Shown here one piece after another: positions 1-8,791 of a DNA stretch of 64,000 nt (position 1 is its first letter; each line of letters opens with the position of its first letter). The notes beneath the pieces are model-generated. The model worked only from the letters and a program-made list of their open reading frames with translations. It did not search any database and was not told the DNA's origin. The stretch lies in IMG/VR virus record IMGVR_UViG_3300045988_149975; one strand, 5' to 3'. A program made the position numbers and the translations under genes. The DNA comes from a virus.

Positions 1-78
1 TTTACAGATTGTTTTTTCCTCATGTAATTCCCAATCCTTTAAGTATTCAATACCATTAGTAAGATTTAAGTAAATCAT
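1..78 (-). CDS. 5'-partial CDS running off the window start (N-terminus MIYLNLTNGIEYLKDWELHEEKTICK...), function unknown
   Basis: ATG at 76-78 (minus) preceded by GAGGTGATAAA RBS; frame is open to the window edge. Confidence 0.3.
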   Translation of the reverse strand, partial: MIYLNLTNGIEYLKDWELHEEKTICK

Positions 79-152
79 TTTATCACCTCATTAATAATGC
101 CTTATCTTTGTACTTATTATAGCAAAGATAAGGCATCTTGTCAATAGGTAAA

Positions 153-617
153 TTACATATTTTTTACTACACTTACATAATATCTAAAGGCTTTTCCTGG
201 GGGAACATCTTTATCTGTAAGCCAAAGTTTAGTATAATTTACATAATAATCCGTATTATCACCAAATAAAGGCTTTAAATCACTGTAAGCCATATTAAGA
301 ACATAATACCAATCATAACTATTAAAATGTTCTTTATTAAAATCTATACCTGCTTTTTGTGCAAGTTGAATAGACTGTTCCACAGTCCAATGTCCACCCC
401 TTGTACCGTCAACATTTTCCATTCCCCTTACAGCTTCGTCAGCAAGCATGGGAGTAAAACATTCACCATAAATAGCAGTATAGATGGCTTTGAACAGTTT
501 TAAAGATTCTTCTTTATGCTCTTCAAAATAATTTTTAAAAAAAGTCATCATGAGTTTTAAAGCATCAGGATTACTTTCTGCTGCTGTAATTAAAGATTTA
601 ATATCCATAATTTGCAC
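153..617 (-). CDS. hypothetical protein
   Basis: 154-aa ORF in the minus-strand gene array; no recognisable motifs. Confidence 0.5.
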   Translation of the reverse strand: MQIMDIKSLITAAESNPDALKLMMTFFKNYFEEHKEESLKLFKAIYTAIYGECFTPMLADEAVRGMENVDGTRGGHWTVEQSIQLAQKAGIDFNKEHFNSYDWYYVLNMAYSDLKPLFGDNTDYYVNYTKLWLTDKDVPPGKAFRYYVSVVKNM

Positions 618-783
618 TACCTTTCTTTCCTTCTAAAATATCATCAAAGAAATTCATAAAATTACTACCATAACCCTCAAAACATTCTTTATATATATCA
701 GGGTCTATAATAGCCTTTTTGAACTTATCACACCCATAAGTATAGTTGAAATTTCTAAAGTATTTACACTCCCTGCACCGCAT
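598..783 (-). CDS. small Cys-rich protein (possible zinc ribbon)
   Basis: 61-aa ORF; CxxC...C pattern at the N-terminus; overlaps neighbours by a few nt, as in an operon. Confidence 0.35.
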   Translation of the reverse strand: MRCRECKYFRNFNYTYGCDKFKKAIIDPDIYKECFEGYGSNFMNFFDDILEGKKGSANYGY

Positions 784-967
784 AGAACTTTACCTCTTTT
801 CCTGCATATAATTCAACCCAATCCTTTAACTCTACTATACAATCAAGTATATATGTTTTACCGTTTATTACAATATATACATCTTTTCCTGCCCTTAATC
901 CAAGTAAATCATTGGATTTTAAAGTAATATCAGTATTAGAAGGTTTATAATTCATTTGTTTCTCCAT
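764..967 (-). CDS. hypothetical protein
   Basis: 67-aa ORF, minus strand. Confidence 0.35.
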   Translation of the reverse strand: MEKQMNYKPSNTDITLKSNDLLGLRAGKDVYIVINGKTYILDCIVELKDWVELYAGKEVKFYAVQGV

Positions 968-1103
968 ACAAGATTACCTCACCATTAATAAAATCTAAAT
1001 CATCAATGTATGTACAAAAATTTTCATATTTACTATCAATACTAATAAAACATTCTACATTCCCTTGCTTATCTCTTACTTCAATGAGTGCATCAATAAG
1101 TTC
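945..1103 (-). CDS. hypothetical protein (the tracker ORF runs to 1154; ATG at 1101-1103 with an AAGGAGAGG RBS is the likelier start)
   Basis: MKLNELIDALIEV... start is preceded by a strong RBS and overlaps the stop of the upstream methyltransferase. Confidence 0.4.
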   Translation of the reverse strand, partial: ELIDALIEVRDKQGNVECFISIDSKYENFCTYIDDLDFINGEVILYGETNEL

Positions 1104-1813
1104 ATTTAATTTCATTAGAAATCCTCTCCTTTGCAATGTTGAAATAATTTTCATCTTTTTCTATTCCAATAAACTTACGATTATTCTTTAAAGCTGCTAC
1201 ACCAGTGCTACCACTACCCATACAATTATCCAATACTACATCACCTTCACTTGTATAAGTCTTAATAAAGTATTCAAGCAATGCAACAGGTTTTTGTGTA
1301 GGATGTAATCTACATTTATCTTTATTAAAATCTAATACATCTACTGGATAGCGTTTTCCATCATTTACCGTTACTACTGATACTTGCTCTCCATAATTAC
1401 TACTACCTCTACCACTTTTGCAGGTATAAGGTTTCCCTTCTCTAAATTGTGGATGGTACGGGGGGGGAGGAATAGAATACTAAAATATTTTCATGGTTCT
1501 TTAAAGGCATTTTCTTTGCGTTTAAATGTCCTGTTCCCTGTGGTTTACGCCATATCCACTCATACTTGAGATTTTTGATATTGCTTACACCTAATACCTT
1601 ATCAAAAGGAGTCTGTGCAAAGAGTAGGATAGCACCATTATCTTTTATAATACGATTATATTCTTTCCACATTAAGTCCAAATCTATAACACTATCCCAT
1701 TTATTCCTTGTAGTACCAAAAGGCGGATCACAAAGAATTAAATTAACACACTTATCAGGTATATCTTTCATTACCTCTAAACAATCACCTAAATACAATT
1801 TTAGTTTATCCAT
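1090..1813 (-). pseudogene. DNA methyltransferase (beta-class N4/N6 type, DPPF motif), reading frame broken at a G8 homopolymer
   Basis: N-part ORF 1442..1813 carries CDPPFGTT. The C-part in another frame (about 1090..1459) reads ...KPYTCKSGRGS...HPTQKPVALLEYFIKTYTSEGDVVLDNCMGSGSTGVAALKNNRKFIGIEKDENYF, the classic AdoMet-binding region. The frame switch is at GGGGGGGG, 1460-1467 on the plus strand. Confidence 0.7.
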
Positions 1814-2373
1814 CTAACTACAGTTTCTCCTTTAAATCCCTTTTCCCAAATAAACCAAGCATAAGCAATCGCATTGGATGGGTATTTATCAAAATCACCA
1901 TTCTTTGCGCAAGAAAGCCTACCCCTTGCAACATATACATACTTTGGTGGATTTTCTTTATAAAATTCTCCACGCTCTTTGCCTTCTAAAAATTGAAGGC
2001 GTAAAAAGAACGCTACAGAGTTACCTTTAGGAATAATATCTAATGCGTGTTTCACAAATGGAAGTGCTTGTTTGTAAGGAGGATTAGAAACAATATCTCC
2101 GCCCCATTCAGTCACATCAAAGAAATTTTGTACCTTACCATATCCTCTATCATAAAGGTCAATACTTTCTACAATATAGTTAGCTTTTTCTAACTCTTTA
2201 CTGATATGCCCCTCACCACAACAACACTCTAAAATTTTCGGAGCAAATTTGTACTCTGCAAGTAGTAATTGTACTGCTTTAGGCTGTGTAGCATAGTAAT
2301 CCTCTAATTGCCTTTCTTCCCTTGAATGATTACTTGCACCAAGAGTTACATATACATTATGCTTTCCGTTCAT
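1801..2373 (-). CDS. DNA methyltransferase, probably N6-adenine (SNPPY motif)
   Basis: 190-aa ORF with ...GGDIVSNPPYKQALPFVKHA... catalytic motif IV. Confidence 0.55.
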   Translation of the reverse strand: MNGKHNVYVTLGASNHSREERQLEDYYATQPKAVQLLLAEYKFAPKILECCCGEGHISKELEKANYIVESIDLYDRGYGKVQNFFDVTEWGGDIVSNPPYKQALPFVKHALDIIPKGNSVAFFLRLQFLEGKERGEFYKENPPKYVYVARGRLSCAKNGDFDKYPSNAIAYAWFIWEKGFKGETVVRWIN

Positions 2374-2701
2374 ACTTAACCTCCAATTTTACTTTAGTGC
2401 TAAATTCAGAGTCTTTCAATGCTTCAATTCTTTCTTTCAAATACTTACAGCAATTTTCCTCTGTCATTGTTTTAATAAATTCGCAGTTCTGTAACAAAAC
2501 TTTCATTAAATAATCTTCAGTAGGGCAAAAATCGTACATTTTATCACTATGCGCTTTAAGCACATACCTATCGAATGTTACTGTTAAATCAGTAATATAG
2601 CTACTTCCATAATCACAAGTGGGGCAGCCTTTAAAGGCTTCTTTATCATAATCAATGTTTACAATACCACCGTCTACTAATTTCATTAAATAATCTTTCA
2701 T
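2357..2701 (-). CDS. hypothetical Cys-rich protein
   Basis: 114-aa ORF, CPTC and CC pairs. Confidence 0.4.
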   Translation of the reverse strand: MKDYLMKLVDGGIVNIDYDKEAFKGCPTCDYGSSYITDLTVTFDRYVLKAHSDKMYDFCPTEDYLMKVLLQNCEFIKTMTEENCCKYLKERIEALKDSEFSTKVKLEVKYERKA

Positions 2702-3214
2702 TTTTTAATCTCCTCAAATATAATTTGTTTTGGTAAAATATTATGACATACATATACGCTTGAAAACGGTGGATTAAGAGATGGTTTTTGTTCTCTATAA
2801 TCTTTGAAGTATGCAACTCTCTTATTAAAGTACATAATTTCAAAGTCATTATCTTTGAACATATTAAATCTCTTTTGGCTTTCAAATAATCCTACAACAC
2901 CTACAAGCATTGCAAAGGGTTTACCAATCTCAAACAGCCTTTGTAATACCTCGCCCTTTAAAGAATAGGGAGGATTACTTATAATATAATCACAATCAGG
3001 AATAGGCTCTTTAAAGAAATCTTTACCCTCATTTATATGTGAGTGTATAACCTCATTTCCCCCCCCCTAAAATCTTTACAAAATTCGACTCTTCAGTATC
3101 AAAGGGACACCAAATTGTAGAACCAGGTTTTAGATATTTAATTAAAGGTTCAATAGCATATACAGGAGTGTAAAATTCATCATTACCGCTGCTTGCCACT
3201 TTATCCATTTTCAT
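2698..3214 (-). pseudogene. Dam-like DNA N6-adenine methyltransferase (EFYTP...ISNPPY), frame broken at a C9/G9 homopolymer
   Basis: Upstream frame reads MKMDKVASSGNDEFYTPVYAIEPLIKYLKPGSTIWCPFDTEESNFVKIL. After the run CCCCCCCCC (plus 3059-3067) the frame continues ...DCDYIISNPPYSLKGEVLQRLFEIGKPFAMLVG...SLNPPF... (tracker ORF 2698..2910). Confidence 0.7.
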
Positions 3215-3558
3215 TCCTTATCATACCTTTCTACGTTAGGTTTATCAAAAGTTTCCCACTTATAAGCACGCCAACCAGTTATAATAGAACCGTTACTCGC
3301 TACTACATAACAAAAATCACATTGACGCATTGGTATTCTTACACACACTTTTATAATCTTATCACCACTCATTGCCATTTCAAAAACCATATTTTTTGAA
3401 AGTTTATCCTTTTGTACAAGCGGTAATCTTTTTTGTCTTGCCCTTACCATAAAATGATGAGTAAAATTTACCCTTTCAAAGCCATCCCAAAACTTCTGCA
3501 TATCTACTTTAGGCATAAATATATTTTTGTGATACAGTTTCATAATAACAACCTCCAA
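3211..3558 (-). CDS. hypothetical protein
   Basis: 115-aa ORF. Confidence 0.45.
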   Translation of the reverse strand: MEVVIMKLYHKNIFMPKVDMQKFWDGFERVNFTHHFMVRARQKRLPLVQKDKLSKNMVFEMAMSGDKIIKVCVRIPMRQCDFCYVVASNGSIITGWRAYKWETFDKPNVERYDKE

Positions 3559-3611
3559 TCTTTTCTATGGTTTTATTATACACTACTATTATCACTATGT
3601 CAATACCTTTT

Positions 3612-3643
3612 AATAAAAAAGCCGCCCAAAATCGAGCGGCTAT
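3612..3643 (-). terminator. rho-independent terminator (AGCCGC-loop-GCGGCT followed by U6 on the minus strand)
   Basis: Inverted repeat 3620-3641 with a plus-strand A-run 3614-3620, directly downstream of the minus-strand gene 3640..3951. Confidence 0.5.
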
Positions 3644-3951
3644 TTAGTTAAAGTTTCTTTTACATAAATCTTATATTTAGAATTGCCATAAGTAGAACTT
3701 TCAAATGTATTTGTTGGAATTTTAAAAACACTTTGAAAATTCTCACCAACTGATGATGTGTCTATACAAATAAAATAATCCTTGCTTATATAGACAATAA
3801 AAGCACAAGTGAGAAAATCCTTTCCCTCATCTATTAATATTCTAACAGGGAAATTGTTACTAACATATATACAACTCATTAAAAATAATAAGTTGCCATT
3901 ATTAGGAACATATTTATCCCCATTCTCACTAATAATATATTCGGGAAACAA
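3640..3951 (-). CDS. hypothetical protein
   Basis: 103-aa ORF. Confidence 0.45.
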   Translation of the reverse strand: MFPEYIISENGDKYVPNNGNLLFLMSCIYVSNNFPVRILIDEGKDFLTCAFIVYISKDYFICIDTSSVGENFQSVFKIPTNTFESSTYGNSKYKIYVKETLTK

Positions 3952-3964
3952 CTCTACTCACCTC

Positions 3965-4231
3965 TTAATCTTCATCTTCCAAATCACTAACATTTATAAA
4001 ATCAATAGTTTTAACTGTAGCAAGATTTACATATTTTAAAATATAATTATCTTCAAATACTGTTAAATCCTTGTCATTAATCGTAAAATCTTCACGATCA
4101 GCATAAAGTTCCTCCATGTCATTATTAGCATAAGTAATTAAAATCTGTACCATTATATATTCCTCCTTAATTAAAACCCATAATAATGGTGCATAACACC
4201 AAGCGCAAAACCTACAACACCACCAAACCAA
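3965..4231 (-). CDS. hypothetical acidic protein (the true start is probably the internal MVQILITY...)
   Basis: 88-aa ORF downstream of a consensus promoter. Confidence 0.4.
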   Translation of the reverse strand: MVWWCCRFCAWCYAPLLWVLIKEEYIMVQILITYANNDMEELYADREDFTINDKDLTVFEDNYILKYVNLATVKTIDFINVSDLEDED

Positions 4232-4302
4232 AAGTAACCATTCGTAAATACTTCTTTAACTTTATTATATAATTCCACTCTTTTCACCTCCATTATGTGC
4301 TT

Positions 4303-4331
4303 ATTATAACATATTTTTACTGAAATGTCAA
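4303..4331 (-). promoter_or_regulatory. sigma-70-type promoter: TTGACA, 17 nt, TATAAT, minus strand
   Basis: Minus-strand TTGACAtttcagtaaaaatatgtTATAAT; member of the conserved promoter family in this window. Confidence 0.5.
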
Positions 4332-4337
4332 GTAAAA

Positions 4338-4376
4338 TTTATTCCACACTTTGACGCATTTTTATTCCACACTTTG
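4338..4376 (-). promoter_or_regulatory. two 16-bp direct repeats (TTTATTCCACACTTTG), 23 bp apart, immediately upstream of the -35 box
   Basis: Exact repeats at 4338-4353 and 4361-4376; candidate regulator binding sites. Confidence 0.4.
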
Positions 4377-4377
4377 G

Positions 4378-5451
4378 CTATTCATTGTTTTTAAGTAAGA
4401 AATCAGGATTAATGACTTTAAAGGATATATCCTCTCTATAATTTCTTACAACAATACCTTCCCTATCTATATCATATAAAAGAGATTTACCTCTTGCTTT
4501 TTCTACAATATCATGAATAGTTGGGGGAAGTATAAAATCATTTGTAAGTACAGGAACATTGTTAAGCCCTAATTTTTTGCAGATAAAACTTGCCTTATCT
4601 TGTTCAATGCGTAAATCATCTATAATTACATTGTAAACAAAGAAGTCATATCCTGAAACATGATATTTATTTCCTTGTATAGATTTACCTATAATCTCAC
4701 CTTGTATTACTACTTTATTAGCATTATATGTTTTAGCTATATCTTTTAAACAATCTTTTAAACCAAAACGCCTTGCCACTTCCCAATATGGGGAATCATC
4801 TTCTTTTCTTAACCATACATTTCTACTGCATACACCAAATTTTCCTTCATTTAAAAAATATGTAGCACTACATCCGTCTAATTTTTCAGTCATATAGAAC
4901 TTAACATTGTCCTTATGCCATTTTTCATATTGATTAGGTAAATTTTGTACCCTTTCTTCATCTGTCTTATTACATATATTTACAGGAAATGAAGCATTTG
5001 TAGTTTTAAATTTCGCTAAAAGTTTTCTAAACCACCTGTATTTCATTAAAAACCGTAAAAATCTTGGGTAACTTACACTTTGTTTAATAAGTTTTGTTTC
5101 AGCTTCAGCCTGCGGGTCATATTTAGTTATACCAAGTTCTTTTGTAACATCATCACCGATTTCATGATAACTGCCCCTTAAATAACTAATAGGTAATACC
5201 AAACCTTGTGAAATTTGCTTCCTTAATTTAATAGTTCTTACCCTGTACTTTCTATCCTTCATAAAAGCAAATTCAGGACGAGGAGGCAAAATGGAATCTA
5301 CTTCTACAAAAATAACTTTATCCCCTACATTAAAATTATCAGATTTAGATACAACACATTCCCATCCCCTTACAGTAGCCTTGAGTATTCTATCCGCATT
5401 GGGAATAGGTTCTAAACTTTCAATTCTTGCTATAGTTGCTAATTTACGCAT
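4378..5451 (-). CDS. ATP-dependent RNA ligase (Rnl-type nucleotidyltransferase, KxDG motif)
   Basis: 357 aa; MRKLATIARIESLEPIPNADRI... OB-like N-terminus typical of DRB0094-type RNA ligases; lysine motif EKLDGCSATYF. Confidence 0.6.
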   Translation of the reverse strand: MRKLATIARIESLEPIPNADRILKATVRGWECVVSKSDNFNVGDKVIFVEVDSILPPRPEFAFMKDRKYRVRTIKLRKQISQGLVLPISYLRGSYHEIGDDVTKELGITKYDPQAEAETKLIKQSVSYPRFLRFLMKYRWFRKLLAKFKTTNASFPVNICNKTDEERVQNLPNQYEKWHKDNVKFYMTEKLDGCSATYFLNEGKFGVCSRNVWLRKEDDSPYWEVARRFGLKDCLKDIAKTYNANKVVIQGEIIGKSIQGNKYHVSGYDFFVYNVIIDDLRIEQDKASFICKKLGLNNVPVLTNDFILPPTIHDIVEKARGKSLLYDIDREGIVVRNYREDISFKVINPDFLLKNNE

Positions 5452-5461
5452 TTATTATACC

Positions 5462-7327
5462 TCACTTTACTACCTCTGCTTCAATAGGTTTTTCTTCTGT
5501 TAAAAGTGCTTCAAGTATTCCTCCGCTGCGTGGATTACTACCCTTTACAACGGTACTTTCTATAGTTCCACCTTTTACTACCGTTTTACTTACTGTTACA
5601 GGATTACCATTTACCTCATTCTGTAATTTATGTAGTTTTTCTAAATAACCCCATGCATCTTTCATTAAATCAGAAGTTCTTTCTGTAGCTATACCACCTT
5701 GTTGAGTTTCTTGTAAATATGATTTCTGTACTCTTTCCAAAGCTAAATCGGCTAAAGAAGTCATACCATCTATTACATCATCTTGATTACGAGTATTAAA
5801 CTTACGGAAAAGATTATCGTAAGCACAGATATATCCTGCTTGATATTCAGGACAATTAGTTGCTAATACGCACCTGTCACATGATAATCTTGCTATTGCT
5901 TTAGTAGAAATTTTCTTTTGTTTTCTTAATTTTTTAATACCTGCCTTAATATTACCGTCTTTATCATATATAGGTGTAATATCATTTCTAATAAGTTCTT
6001 TTTCTACCTCATCCTTATCATAACCTGCTGTAAGCAGCGCAGGAAGAAGTTTTCCACATTCCTCTCTTGATAACTCCACCTCTGTATACTCTTTATCTGT
6101 AATATACTGCTGACGCTCTAATGCTTTACGTTCATTATCTAAAGGCTCATGTAAATTCTGTAAAGCCCTCTCCTGTCCATTTAAAGCGTTTTTAAAAGCC
6201 TCTTTTAAGAAGGCTATACATTTATCCTTTGTATTATATTTAACACCCTCTGCGCCAAAATATGCGCAAATTTCAACTAAATCTTCAAGCTGATAAGCAT
6301 TTAAGTCTTTATTATTAATAAAGTTATAAAAATCTAATAATAAAGTAGTGCCAAAATCTTTAGGTACTTGTGTATCTATACCTGCTTCATCTAACTTATC
6401 TTCCCAATCGTTCATATCAGTTGAAAACCACTCATAAGAAGGTAACTTATACATCTTTCTATCACTCCAATACTTTTTAGGGAACATAACCTGTTTTACA
6501 TACTCTTCCATTTTCTTAAAAGCAATAGCTGATGCTTTCATAAGTTCAGTTGACGCTTCTATATCCAATAATTTAGGATTAAGTTTAAGTGCTTCTAACT
6601 TTCCACGATATTCCCCATCTTTCCATTGCTCTTTTTTCAACCTTTTAAGTTTACCACCTTCAAAATAGTTTACTTCCCCGAACTGTGAACCCGTAAGCCA
6701 ACTTGTCATATCAGCAGAGAAAAAAGGATGTTTGAGTAATAATTTATTACTTCCTACACCAAAACCATGTATTTTAGCTTTATTTTTGACTGCTATCTCA
6801 AAAAGTTTATCAATATACTCAATAGGATTATCTAAACTTGCGTTCATTTCAACAGCAGAAAAACCAACATAAGGATGTTTTCTACAAAGTTTATCAAAAT
6901 CCTCAAAGCTATCATCTAAATGATATACATATATTACAGGTATACCCTCTTCTTCTAAAGGCATAAAATATTCTTTACGCCATCTTTCTACAACATCTTT
7001 GCCAACAAGACTTGATAAGTCAAGTTCTACACAAGCAAAGATTAAATCTCTATGCTTTTTAACAAAGCCTATGTATTTCTTTAGATAATCTTCCCACCAC
7101 TCTACGCTTTTATCACGATATTGAGCGTCATTTATGAAAGTATGTGCGCCACTGTCAATAAGAAATTTCATTCCTTTTTTCTTGTATAACCGTTCTTCTA
7201 TCTCCTCTTTACCTCTACGCCTTATATAGTAATAAGACAATAATAAATTTTTAGTGACTGCACTTGCTATATCATAAATTTGTTTAGGCTCAACACCTGA
7301 TAAAAATAATGTAAATTCGCTTTTCAT
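5462..7327 (-). CDS. dpdA: DpdA-like protein: TGT-family (tRNA-guanine transglycosylase fold) N-terminal domain plus a roughly 350-aa C-terminal extension; candidate 7-deazaguanine DNA transglycosylase
   Basis: FLIDSGAHTF resembles the TGT LMTDSGGFQ motif and HGFGVGSNKLL resembles the TGT nucleophile region; queC and queE homologues lie nearby. Confidence 0.5.
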   Translation of the reverse strand: MKSEFTLFLSGVEPKQIYDIASAVTKNLLLSYYYIRRRGKEEIEERLYKKKGMKFLIDSGAHTFINDAQYRDKSVEWWEDYLKKYIGFVKKHRDLIFACVELDLSSLVGKDVVERWRKEYFMPLEEEGIPVIYVYHLDDSFEDFDKLCRKHPYVGFSAVEMNASLDNPIEYIDKLFEIAVKNKAKIHGFGVGSNKLLLKHPFFSADMTSWLTGSQFGEVNYFEGGKLKRLKKEQWKDGEYRGKLEALKLNPKLLDIEASTELMKASAIAFKKMEEYVKQVMFPKKYWSDRKMYKLPSYEWFSTDMNDWEDKLDEAGIDTQVPKDFGTTLLLDFYNFINNKDLNAYQLEDLVEICAYFGAEGVKYNTKDKCIAFLKEAFKNALNGQERALQNLHEPLDNERKALERQQYITDKEYTEVELSREECGKLLPALLTAGYDKDEVEKELIRNDITPIYDKDGNIKAGIKKLRKQKKISTKAIARLSCDRCVLATNCPEYQAGYICAYDNLFRKFNTRNQDDVIDGMTSLADLALERVQKSYLQETQQGGIATERTSDLMKDAWGYLEKLHKLQNEVNGNPVTVSKTVVKGGTIESTVVKGSNPRSGGILEALLTEEKPIEAEVVK

Positions 7328-7512
7328 CTATCAAAGGAACGGTATAAAGGATTACGGCGAAGCCTATCTACTCTCGAACTTAACCTATTCCATGTTCGCT
7401 GATTCCATGTCGGTCGATTTCGGCGTAAACGCCCTGTATCATTACGTTTAATGTCAATAGACACATCATTATTACTATTGCCTAATGTATTATAATCTTT
7501 TCTACTACCCAT
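7324..7512 (-). CDS. small Arg-rich ORF (62 aa) or a non-coding GC-rich spacer between dpdA and queC
   Basis: Locally GC-rich; repeated ACATGGAAT and GGCG...CGCC hairpins; the coding assignment is doubtful. Confidence 0.2.
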   Translation of the reverse strand: MGSRKDYNTLGNSNNDVSIDIKRNDTGRLRRNRPTWNQRTWNRLSSRVDRLRRNPLYRSFDR

Positions 7513-8090
7513 TATAATTCCCCCATTTCATTTTTAGTTAAATAGAATTTATATTTCTGTGCTTCTCGCCATTTACAGTCAGTACATTGTCCACAAGGCT
7601 CTCCTACATTATTTGCAAAATTACAGGAAAAAGTATCTTCTAAATTAACATTTAAAGAGCAGCCTATACGATACACTTCATCTTTATCCTTGTCTATAAA
7701 TGGTGCAATTACTTTATATTTGTCCTCAAATTCCACTCTTAAATAAGCATTTATAGCATCCACCCACTTTTGAGTAGTATCTATAAATTCTGTATTAGCA
7801 ATTAATCCTATATAAATATTAGCGTCCTTTGGATATACCCTATTAATTAATTCTAATACAAATCTTGCATTACGGCAAGGATTAAAACCATCTTTTTCAA
7901 TTTTGGAGCGCATTTTATCAAAATAATCAAACTCTTTATTCTCCAAAATTTCACCTACATTAATAAGTTTACTATCTGTATCTTCCATAATAAAGAAAAA
8001 TGTTTTAGGATTTAAACCTTTATGTTCCATCCATGCCTTCAACACTGTACTGTCATAACCATGACTCCATAATAAAAAATTATCTCTCAA
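7512..8090 (-). CDS. queC: QueC-like PP-loop ATPase (7-cyano-7-deazaguanine synthase family) with SGG changed to SHG
   Basis: FLLWSHGYDSTV aligns with the SGGxDS PP-loop; C-terminal CGQCTDCKWRE matches the QueC Zn site CGxCxxCxxR. Confidence 0.65.
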   Translation of the reverse strand: MRDNFLLWSHGYDSTVLKAWMEHKGLNPKTFFFIMEDTDSKLINVGEILENKEFDYFDKMRSKIEKDGFNPCRNARFVLELINRVYPKDANIYIGLIANTEFIDTTQKWVDAINAYLRVEFEDKYKVIAPFIDKDKDEVYRIGCSLNVNLEDTFSCNFANNVGEPCGQCTDCKWREAQKYKFYLTKNEMGEL

Positions 8091-8295
8091 TCCAAACTAC
8101 GCCCCTTTTCTTTCTATATTTTGTAACAAGAGTATATAAACTCTTTGTACCAAATATAAATACCTTATTAAAGTTGAAAGCATTAAGAATATCTATATCG
8201 CCACCATAAAAAATTTCAAAAGGTACATTAAACTTTTTACAGAAATTATAAACTGCCACAATATTTATGTCCCCTATACTGCAAAAGATATTCAT
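8080..8295 (-). CDS. hypothetical protein
   Basis: 71-aa ORF; start sits in an A9 run that separates it from a 30-codon upstream ORF. Confidence 0.3.
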   Translation of the reverse strand: MNIFCSIGDINIVAVYNFCKKFNVPFEIFYGGDIDILNAFNFNKVFIFGTKSLYTLVTKYRKKRGVVWIER

Positions 8296-8355
8296 TTTTT
8301 TTTGCCATTTAAGTGAAATTCAAGCACATCTGATATATCCTCTTCTGTCAAAATC

Positions 8356-8748
8356 TTATTTGACAGGACAAGTGCTTGCTGCATTTAATTTTACCTCCAA
8401 GTCTGTTAAGTTATCAACAGAACTATCATCTAAATAAACGTGGGCAAATACTTTTCTTGCTCTTAAATTTTCTATCCACCATTTCATACCGTCAGGGAAC
8501 ATTTCTTTTATACGCTCCAAATCATCATTAACAGCGTCAAACTCTAATCCCAACTTTTTACAATAAGAAACTGCCTCATCTAAACTCTTACCACACCTGC
8601 AAGTCCAAAGGATTAATTCGTTCCCTGCTTCTTTTAATTCTATGAGTTTTTCTATTACACATCTACCGCTTTTATCTTCTTTAAGATAGCCAATATTCGG
8701 AAAAGCATTTTCTACGATAGTTCCATCAAAATCTACTGCTATAATCAT
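8356..8748 (-). CDS. HAD-superfamily phosphatase, T4 Pnk-phosphatase-like (DxDGT)
   Basis: MIIAVDFDGTIVEN... motif I and a C-terminal ...VYLDDSSV motif. The tracker ORF extends to 8862 through an N-terminal region that overlaps the RNR 3' end; start at internal M39. Confidence 0.5.
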   Translation of the reverse strand: MIIAVDFDGTIVENAFPNIGYLKEDKSGRCVIEKLIELKEAGNELILWTCRCGKSLDEAVSYCKKLGLEFDAVNDDLERIKEMFPDGMKWWIENLRARKVFAHVYLDDSSVDNLTDLEVKLNAASTCPVK

Positions 8749-8791
8749 TTTATACTCCTTATAAAATAGTGCGCCAAAAGGCGCACCATAA

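Noticed and set aside
1006-1569. Plus-strand ORFs 1006..1191 and 1384..1569
   Set aside because: They lie antisense to the frameshifted methyltransferase, have low-complexity hydrophobic translations and no RBS. They are artefacts of the AT-rich antisense strand.
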